From: a virus
Taxonomy: Duplodnaviria > Caudoviricetes
Direction: 5' to 3' (one strand)
IMG/VR virus record: IMGVR_UViG_3300032289_001903
Span: 1 to 61,757 of that record
Length of the DNA stretch: 61,757 nucleotides
The notes below the pieces were generated by a model that made no database searches, was not told the DNA's origin, and was given only the letters and a program-made list of their open reading frames with translations. A program made the position numbers and the translations under genes. This document shows, piece by piece, positions 54,927 to 61,757 of this stretch (position 1 is the stretch's first letter; each line of letters starts with the position of its first letter).

Positions 54927-57857
54927 ATGTCTATATTTAAAGCAACTTTTCCTGAAGGTATTCAAAAGCAATTAAAGGCTCGTCAAGATAAAATATTTAA
55001 AAGAGATTTTGAAGCAATAAAATATCTTAATTCACGAACAGCATGGATTAGAATGACATCTGCTGTTAATACAGGAGCTAGTGAAGGAAATGATGGTACA
55101 AATGCATTAGCAAATAATAATGTTTTATTAGGTGGAGCTTTATACAATAATGCTCCTAGAAGTGGTGTTGGTACAACTGGTACAGAAGCATATAGTTTAA
55201 AAACATCATCTGGTGTTACTCATAGACTTGGTATAAGACCAATGCCCGGTATTACGGGAATAGAAATTAAGTCTAAAGGTGGATATGGTTCATTAAGAGA
55301 AATAACAGTTAATTTTAATTGTTGGGATATACGTCAATTAGAAGAATTAGAATTATTATATATGCGTCCTGGTTATACTGCTTTAGTAGAATGGGGATGG
55401 GTACCTTATTTAGATAATAATGGAAATTTATCTACGGTTATTAATCTTACAAATGATGTTTTAACTGGTGGAAAAACCAAAGAAGAAATTTGGAAAAATA
55501 TATTTACAAAAGCATCTTCTGATGGTAATTATGATGCTATATATGGTTTTATAAAAAATTATAGTTGGTCCGCTAGAGATGATGGTGGATATGATTGTAC
55601 TACTAGTCTCATAACAATGGGCGAAGTTTTAGAATCATTGAAAATTAACTACATATCATCTCAAAAAATATCATCACCACAATCTAAAGGATTATTTAAA
55701 GTATTAGATGGTTCTCAATTTCAAAAAAACACATCAATAAGCAAATCTTATTCCCAAAATAAACTAGCAGGGATATTAAATGAAATGTGGGCTATTGCTA
55801 AAGAAAAGATTACTGCATCCCCTGTAGGTGCTCAAAATATTACATTAGGAGGATATGAATATCATTTTCTTAGATACGATATTACTATAGCGGGAAGAGA
55901 TGCAACCGCTATTAAAGATTCTTTTGTAGAAGAAGATCAACAAATATATATTACCTTAAAAGATTTTATTCATTTACTTAATAGTTATATTTTACTAAGT
56001 GATGAATTGTCAGGTACAGCAGTAGTACCTGTTTCTGTAACAGAAGGAGCTCATAATGGTGGAAAAGAAGGTGATCCTCTTTTATGCTTAGGAAATAAAT
56101 TTCAGTTATCAACAGATCCTACAATATGTCAAATAAAAAATATGGCTTGGACTAACTTAGCAAGTTTAGGACTAAGTGTAGAAGCATTTTTACAAGCCAC
56201 AGATACAGAAACTTTAAAAAGTTTAATGAATACAATGACAGAAAATTTTCTACAAGATCCTGATAATAAACAATTAGGTATTATAGGAAATATATATGTT
56301 AATTTAGGTTATATTTATTCTTTAATTGTAAATGATGATTTAGCTAATGCTGATTCGAAAGAAAAAAAAGATGTAAATTTATATGATTTTTTAAAAAACA
56401 TGTTGAGTGGAATCAATTCATGTATAGGAAACGTAGCGACACTTGAATTATTTGTAGACCCAGTAGATTCAGTAGCAAGAATTATAGATTTAAATTATGT
56501 TGAACTACAAGATAGAGCAACAACATATAAAAATGCTTTCACTCTTGAAATTGCAAATTTAAAATCAACTGTAAGATCATATAAACTAGAATCTCAAATA
56601 TTTCCAGATCAAACAACAACAATTGCAATTGGAGCTCAAGTAAAAGGTGGAGCATTAGCTTCTGATGATAATACTTTATTGGATTTTAATAAGGGTTTAT
56701 TAGATAGAATAGTTCCAAGAAAAGTAGAACCACCTATAGCAGAAGATAAAAAAACAAAAGATGAAGAAATAGCAACAAAACTAACAAATTTAAAATCAAA
56801 TGTTGATGTTATACTTAGCTATATCAACACAGCCGATCCTAGTTGGTATGAACATGCAGGTGATTTTGATGTTGCAAATTCTGGTAAATATGCTAACGCT
56901 TTAAAAGATATAATTAATTTCTATAGATCATTTGTAAAAGATAATAATAAAAATAGATCTATTATCCCTACTAAATTATCTTTAGATATGGATGGTATTG
57001 GTGGAATAGTAGTAGGAAATCTATTTAAAATACCAGATGATCTATTACCTAAAGGATATAAAGGAGGGGATGGTATTGGTTCAAAAATAGCATTTACTGT
57101 AAACGAAATAGGGGCATCCGTTCAGAATAATGATTGGGTAACTAAAATAGGAACACAATTCATTATATTAGATGAACCAGGAACAGGAACAACATCAGCA
57201 GCTTGGGCTGCGGCTACGGCAGAACTTATAAAGGTAGCAACAACAGTAAAAGAAGAAACAAAAGCTGTAGATACTGTTAATAAAATTGTTGGAAACTTAA
57301 ATAATTTACCTGCTACCCCCTCAGGAAATGGAAATTGGAATACTTTAAATAATACTCTTTTAACTATATCTACTCAATTAGATCAATGGAAAGAAGCTCG
57401 TTCTAATCCTAATATTATTAATGCGTATAAAGAAGTAGGAGCACCTCAAAGTTCAGATTCAGTAGCATGGTGTGCTGCTTTTGTAGGGTATGTTTTAAAA
57501 ACATCTGGATTACCTTATTTAAAAGGTAATTTAAGCAGTGTAGCTTATGCTAGATATGGAAATGAAGTTTCTCTTAATGATCCAACCCAATGGAGAAAAT
57601 GGGACATAATAGTTTGGAAACATACTAGCAAACCAGGAACAGGACACGTTTCTTTTTTAACAGGGGTAACTAAAAGCGGAGTAACAGTACTAGAACCAGC
57701 AAGTGCTTTCGGTGGTAATCAAGGAGATAAAGTAAGAGTTTCAAAATATCCTTATAGAGGATCAGATATGGTTCTAATTGGTGTTAGAAGAAATTGGGTT
57801 CCACCAACTGATGGTCTTCCTGTAGCTTCTGGTGAGATAGGAGGTAATACTAGATAA
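54927..57857 (+). CDS. Baseplate hub with C-terminal CHAP/NlpC-P60-like hydrolase
   Basis: RPMPGITG, PG...LVEWGW hub region; C-terminal WCAAFV...GHVSF...GGNQ (Cys/His). Confidence 0.75.
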   Translation: MSIFKATFPEGIQKQLKARQDKIFKRDFEAIKYLNSRTAWIRMTSAVNTGASEGNDGTNALANNNVLLGGALYNNAPRSGVGTTGTEAYSLKTSSGVTHRLGIRPMPGITGIEIKSKGGYGSLREITVNFNCWDIRQLEELELLYMRPGYTALVEWGWVPYLDNNGNLSTVINLTNDVLTGGKTKEEIWKNIFTKASSDGNYDAIYGFIKNYSWSARDDGGYDCTTSLITMGEVLESLKINYISSQKISSPQSKGLFKVLDGSQFQKNTSISKSYSQNKLAGILNEMWAIAKEKITASPVGAQNITLGGYEYHFLRYDITIAGRDATAIKDSFVEEDQQIYITLKDFIHLLNSYILLSDELSGTAVVPVSVTEGAHNGGKEGDPLLCLGNKFQLSTDPTICQIKNMAWTNLASLGLSVEAFLQATDTETLKSLMNTMTENFLQDPDNKQLGIIGNIYVNLGYIYSLIVNDDLANADSKEKKDVNLYDFLKNMLSGINSCIGNVATLELFVDPVDSVARIIDLNYVELQDRATTYKNAFTLEIANLKSTVRSYKLESQIFPDQTTTIAIGAQVKGGALASDDNTLLDFNKGLLDRIVPRKVEPPIAEDKKTKDEEIATKLTNLKSNVDVILSYINTADPSWYEHAGDFDVANSGKYANALKDIINFYRSFVKDNNKNRSIIPTKLSLDMDGIGGIVVGNLFKIPDDLLPKGYKGGDGIGSKIAFTVNEIGASVQNNDWVTKIGTQFIILDEPGTGTTSAAWAAATAELIKVATTVKEETKAVDTVNKIVGNLNNLPATPSGNGNWNTLNNTLLTISTQLDQWKEARSNPNIINAYKEVGAPQSSDSVAWCAAFVGYVLKTSGLPYLKGNLSSVAYARYGNEVSLNDPTQWRKWDIIVWKHTSKPGTGHVSFLTGVTKSGVTVLEPASAFGGNQGDKVRVSKYPYRGSDMVLIGVRRNWVPPTDGLPVASGEIGGNTR

Positions 57858-57868
57858 TAAATAAAATT

Positions 57869-58420
57869 ATGGGAATAAGAATACCTAAAAATCAAATTGT
57901 AACAAGTAAGTATACTATTGGAAAAGAATACTTAGTTTTAAGTACTTATAAAGAGTATCAAGGGTATTTCTATGAAATAAATAATAAATTTTTTGCTGGT
58001 AAGGAATTTAGTACTAGTGCTCCTGAATTAATAAAAATGGATTCTGATAGAGTTAATTCATTATTATTAAATCCTGCAACAGCTACTTATGGAAAGATAT
58101 CAAATATAAAAATAAATAATGTAACTCCTTCTCCTTACTATTTTATTCCTTCTGAAAAAGATGTTCAAGAAGGATATGCTTTTAGATATTTTTTAAGTAA
58201 AATAAATTCAAATCCAATTTTAATTAAAGAAATAAATGAAGATGATTATAATATTTTTTCTACTAATCCTCTTTATATAACTGTTAAACTTATAAATTAT
58301 ATTATACAAGACGGAGAGAGTAGAGATAATAACAATAATAACTTTACTTTTCTTTCAAAAGATATTGAAACCGCTGAAAAAACAATGCCTGGAATAAAAT
58401 ATTTTCTAGATATGGGGTAA
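57869..58420 (+). CDS. Hypothetical protein
   Basis: 183 aa ORF at the end of the structural block. Confidence 0.5.
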   Translation: MGIRIPKNQIVTSKYTIGKEYLVLSTYKEYQGYFYEINNKFFAGKEFSTSAPELIKMDSDRVNSLLLNPATATYGKISNIKINNVTPSPYYFIPSEKDVQEGYAFRYFLSKINSNPILIKEINEDDYNIFSTNPLYITVKLINYIIQDGESRDNNNNNFTFLSKDIETAEKTMPGIKYFLDMG

Positions 58421-58463
58421 AGCAAAATCCCTTTCGTATCTTCAATCTCAAAGGTTATGAATT

Positions 58464-59756
58464 ATGTTTTACATTATCGAAAGACAAGATCAATTACAAC
58501 AACTAGGTCCGTTTAATGATTGCTTCGTTCAGTTTATTCAACAAAACGACAACTATCATCCTAAACTAAGTCCACTAAGTTTAATTTATGTTCGTGATAT
58601 AACACAACATAAAGGGTATATGCTGTGTTTAGACCACAACGAATCATTTTCACTACAACAACAAGATGTGTTTGAGTGGTTATTAGGAAATACTGATAGA
58701 ATGTTTATATTGAATAAGAAAGAAGCAATGTACCACTTCCCATACCCAGATAAGTTATATGACATCAACTTTATTGAACACCCAGATCTAACAGGTATAT
58801 TTACACCTTGTCATACATTCTATTATAGACTCCACACAGCAAGTCCAATAACAAATAAACTAATTCCAATTAGTAAACACTATGAAGAATGCGAGAATGC
58901 ATTTGATGTAGTACTTCCAATAATACAACAGTACCGCTCAGATAACGCCGTTTATGCGTTTAATAACGGCCCTTTAACGCGCGTGTTTCACGCTATAGAA
59001 TCAAATGGTATTAAAGTAGATAAACAATGCTTTATTGATGCTTATGGTAAAGATTTACTTTACCCACAACTCAACCTTAGTAAAGGTAGAATATACAGCC
59101 AATACAATCTATACACATTAACGGGTAGACCATCAAACACATACAACAGTATTAACTTTGCTGCATTAGATAAAAATAATGGTGAGCGTTTATGCTATAG
59201 ACCAACAAACGATAAATTTGTTGAATTTGATATTCAGGGATATCACCCACGCATATTAGGTGATATGATTGATTTTAATTTTGGTGATAAAAACACATAC
59301 GAAACGCTAAGTGAATTGTTAGGTGTAACAACACAAGAAGCTAAGGAACTAACATTCAAACAATTATATGGTGGTGTATGGAAAGATTATCGCAATCAAC
59401 CCTTCTTTAAAGATATAGTAACATTAACCGATGGTATATGGGATGAATACCAATATGGTAAACAATATGCAACTCGCAATCGCGTATTTACATTAGATAA
59501 GGAAATGACACAATCTAAATTACTAAATTATATTATTCAGAGTCATGAAACATCAAACAACGTAGCGATGTTAGACAACATATTAAACTATTTGAAAGAT
59601 AAGAAAACAAAATTAGTGCTATACACATATGATGCATTCTTATTTGATTATAGTAAGGAAGATGGTACCCAATTGTTAACCGATATCAAAGAACTGATAC
59701 ACTACCCTATCAACGTTAAACAGGGTAAGTCGTATCATGGTTTGGAGAAAATATAA
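58464..59756 (+). CDS. Short atypical family A DNA polymerase-like protein
   Basis: TGRPS, motif A FDIQGYHPR, motif B AKELTFKQLYGG, NYIIQ, motif C YTYDAFLFD. Confidence 0.75.
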   Translation: MFYIIERQDQLQQLGPFNDCFVQFIQQNDNYHPKLSPLSLIYVRDITQHKGYMLCLDHNESFSLQQQDVFEWLLGNTDRMFILNKKEAMYHFPYPDKLYDINFIEHPDLTGIFTPCHTFYYRLHTASPITNKLIPISKHYEECENAFDVVLPIIQQYRSDNAVYAFNNGPLTRVFHAIESNGIKVDKQCFIDAYGKDLLYPQLNLSKGRIYSQYNLYTLTGRPSNTYNSINFAALDKNNGERLCYRPTNDKFVEFDIQGYHPRILGDMIDFNFGDKNTYETLSELLGVTTQEAKELTFKQLYGGVWKDYRNQPFFKDIVTLTDGIWDEYQYGKQYATRNRVFTLDKEMTQSKLLNYIIQSHETSNNVAMLDNILNYLKDKKTKLVLYTYDAFLFDYSKEDGTQLLTDIKELIHYPINVKQGKSYHGLEKI

Positions 59757-59765
59757 ATATTTATA

Positions 59766-60188
59766 ATGGAACAACTAAACGAATTTTTTGACTTGAACAA
59801 ATTATTCTGCACATTTACCTCACCAGCAGATTTAGAGGAAACGGTAGCGACGATTAATCGTAAATATGCAATATTATTTAATAAAGTATTTGTATTGGAA
59901 TCACCACAAAGTGATGAACTAATATGTACTTATAATATTGATACAGGCAATATGGCGGCAGCACCTATGGCTAATACTATCCTATTACATCGCAAAAAGG
60001 AATCCAATACATTATATACTATCAATGCATTAAATACATTGATTAAATCATTGAATGGTGGTGTATTAGATACACGATTCATAGTGAATTGGCAGGATTA
60101 TAAAAACAGCATATTATTAACTAATGGCCCTGATTTAAGAAAATTAGATACTGCTATACATAAGATTGTAGATTTTAGTAGAAATTAA
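59766..60188 (+). CDS. Phage protein of unknown function next to PolA
   Basis: KLFCTF, TYNI, HRKKESNTLYTINALN motifs. Confidence 0.55.
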   Translation: MEQLNEFFDLNKLFCTFTSPADLEETVATINRKYAILFNKVFVLESPQSDELICTYNIDTGNMAAAPMANTILLHRKKESNTLYTINALNTLIKSLNGGVLDTRFIVNWQDYKNSILLTNGPDLRKLDTAIHKIVDFSRN

Positions 60189-60220
60189 TATTTATATACA
60201 CAAGTACATTTAATAAAAAA

Positions 60221-60733
60221 ATGAAACAACAAATTAACGAAATTAGAAGAATGCAGCAATTAGCTGGATTGATTATTGAAGCATTTAACTCATTTTTAGA
60301 TACTAATATGGGAGGATGGATAAGAGAATATATAGATGATGTAGTTGAAGATAATATGGGCGAACCAGAGTCATTAAATTTAGAATATCGTTCTGATTTT
60401 GATATAGCTTTCAATTTAGCACTTTCTAAACTTTCCCAAGAACAATTCCCACTATATATATCAGATGATTCTAAATTAGCTTCTGGGTTTATTAAACCTA
60501 AAGGGATTGGGTTTATAATGAATAGCAATGGAGAAACAACAGTAACACCAGAAATAGTTCAGATATTTAATGATAACTATGGTATAATTGATATTAATTA
60601 TATTAAAGATTTCTTTACAAATGCAAGTAATTGGAAAATGATTACTGATGAAAATGATATATCTAATTATAAAAAATTATATTTAATTGATACTGAAAGT
60701 AATCAAATAGGTAATAAAGAAAATTTCTTTTAG
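60221..60733 (+). CDS. Tagged putative head cargo protein (class III tag) inserted in replication module
   Basis: INEIRRMQQLAGLIIE; own ATATTTAT at 60188. Confidence 0.55.
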   Translation: MKQQINEIRRMQQLAGLIIEAFNSFLDTNMGGWIREYIDDVVEDNMGEPESLNLEYRSDFDIAFNLALSKLSQEQFPLYISDDSKLASGFIKPKGIGFIMNSNGETTVTPEIVQIFNDNYGIIDINYIKDFFTNASNWKMITDENDISNYKKLYLIDTESNQIGNKENFF

Positions 60734-60744
60734 TAGAAATAAGT

Positions 60745-60775
60745 TTTGGAAGTCAAAATAAGAATCATAGATTCA
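60745..60775 (+). promoter_or_regulatory. Bacteroidota-type promoter candidate
   Basis: TTTG-N19-TAGATTCA with GTCAAAATA in the spacer. Confidence 0.4.
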
Positions 60776-60821
60776 ACTAATATTGTGTTCATAGAACACC
60801 TCACTTAAAAACAAACATAAC

Positions 60822-61649
60822 ATGGACTTATCAGTCATCAAGCAGAAGTTGTCCGCTTCTCAAACTAAAGGACAAAAACGTGAAAAAGTCGATTACTCCA
60901 AGATTTTTTTCAAGCCAAAACCAGGCAAGTATCAGATCAGGATTCTCCCCTCTAAGTTCGACAAATCAAACCCATTCCGCGAAGTTTACTTCCACTATGG
61001 CTTTTCAAAAGGACCAATCTTAGCATTGACCAATTGGAACGAGAAAGACCCAATCGCTGAATTCTCAAAGAACCTCCGCAAATCCGCTGACAAAGAAGAC
61101 TGGATGCTTGCAAAGAAAATTGAACCAAAATTACGCTACTTCGTTCCAGTATTGGTACGTGGTGAAGAAGCACAAGGCCCTCGCCTATGGGAATTTGGTA
61201 AATTAATTTATGAGCAATTGTTAGGTATCGCTGCAGACGAAGATTATGGTGATTTTACAGACATCACTGATGGACGTGACTTTACAATCGATGCTGTTGA
61301 AGATGTAGTTGCTGGTAGAAAAGGTATCAAATGTAACATTCGTGTTAAACCTAAGACATCCGCTATTTCTGAAGACGCAGCTGTAGTAACAAAAGCATTG
61401 GATGAACAACCAGACATTCTCGGTATCAACAAACACTATTCATTTGATGAATTGAAAGATTTATTGGATAAGTGGTTAAATCCTGATAGCGAAGAAGATA
61501 CTGATGCTCCAATTGCATCTAAGGATGAAGAAGAGGAAGAAGACGATTTCTTAGCTGAAATGAACAAGCCAGTAGAACAAACCTACAAGCTTGACACTAC
61601 AGCAGCAAAGACGTCTAACGCAGACAAGTTCGACGATTTATTTTCGTAA
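60822..61649 (+). CDS. Single-stranded DNA-binding protein (T4 gp32-like)
   Basis: IRILP, PF..V.FHY, DPI.E, RYF.PVLVRG, W.FGK.IY..L, D.TD...GRDF, acidic tail ending DKFDDLFS. Confidence 0.8.
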   Translation: MDLSVIKQKLSASQTKGQKREKVDYSKIFFKPKPGKYQIRILPSKFDKSNPFREVYFHYGFSKGPILALTNWNEKDPIAEFSKNLRKSADKEDWMLAKKIEPKLRYFVPVLVRGEEAQGPRLWEFGKLIYEQLLGIAADEDYGDFTDITDGRDFTIDAVEDVVAGRKGIKCNIRVKPKTSAISEDAAVVTKALDEQPDILGINKHYSFDELKDLLDKWLNPDSEEDTDAPIASKDEEEEEDDFLAEMNKPVEQTYKLDTTAAKTSNADKFDDLFS

Positions 61650-61666
61650 TTAATTAAACAAAATTT

Positions 61667-61757
61667 ATGGCAAAAAGTAAGAGCTCACTGAGTGAGGTGG
61701 TAAGCAATTCGCTTAACAAGACATTTGATCTGTCTTCATTCAAAAAGAGCAAGTTTT
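61667..61757 (+). CDS. 5' end of next gene (possibly RecA/UvsX-like, by synteny only)
   Basis: MAKSKSSLSEVVSNSLNKTFDLSSFKKSKF runs off the window; no diagnostic motif visible. Confidence 0.3.
   Translation, partial: MAKSKSSLSEVVSNSLNKTFDLSSFKKSKF

Noticed and set aside
2378-61436. All minus-strand ORFs in the track
   Set aside because: Short and antisense to well-supported + strand genes; they are shadows of biased codon usage with no motifs of their own.
1-61757. Stop-codon reassignment
   Set aside because: Core genes are full length in the standard code, and TAG/TGA act as real stops with tight gene packing.
1-61757. tRNA or rRNA genes
   Set aside because: Intergenic gaps are short and I saw no cloverleaf or T-arm signature; not confirmed by tRNAscan.

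Overview
This is a 61.8 kb, AT-rich fragment of a large T4-like (myovirus-type) phage genome. Every credible gene is on the + strand and reads in the standard code. Order: a ~16 kb cluster of small or modular 'head cargo' genes with a few accessory enzymes (Dps/ferritin-like, FAD oxidoreductase, NadR-like kinase) and a possible lysis pair; a GIY-YIG homing endonuclease; terminase, portal, prohead protease, scaffold, major capsid, PhoH; neck and tail terminator; fibres and three Gly-rich adhesin-like paralogs; sheath, tube, chaperone (probable +1 frameshift), tape measure, baseplate with a CHAP-like hydrolase; then the start of a replication module (atypical short PolA, gp32-like SSB, next gene truncated). 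TTTG-N19/20-TAnnTT(T/C)A promoters, A-rich leaders without Shine-Dalgarno and a Gln+1 signal peptide suggest a Bacteroidota host (inference). The most striking unexplained structure is a modular tag system. At least 17 otherwise unrelated ORFs start with one of three short peptide tags (MIKLxxLLxE; LRxLIRExxxE; NExxRMQxLAGLIxE). All end in a gp21-type (I/L)xE cleavage signature, and the third copies the scaffold C-terminus. Several tagged ORFs look like polyproteins of small modules or carry enzyme motifs (HExxH, PD-(D/E)xK). An ATATTTAT motif precedes about 21 genes. All annotations come from motif recognition and synteny by eye; no database searches were run.
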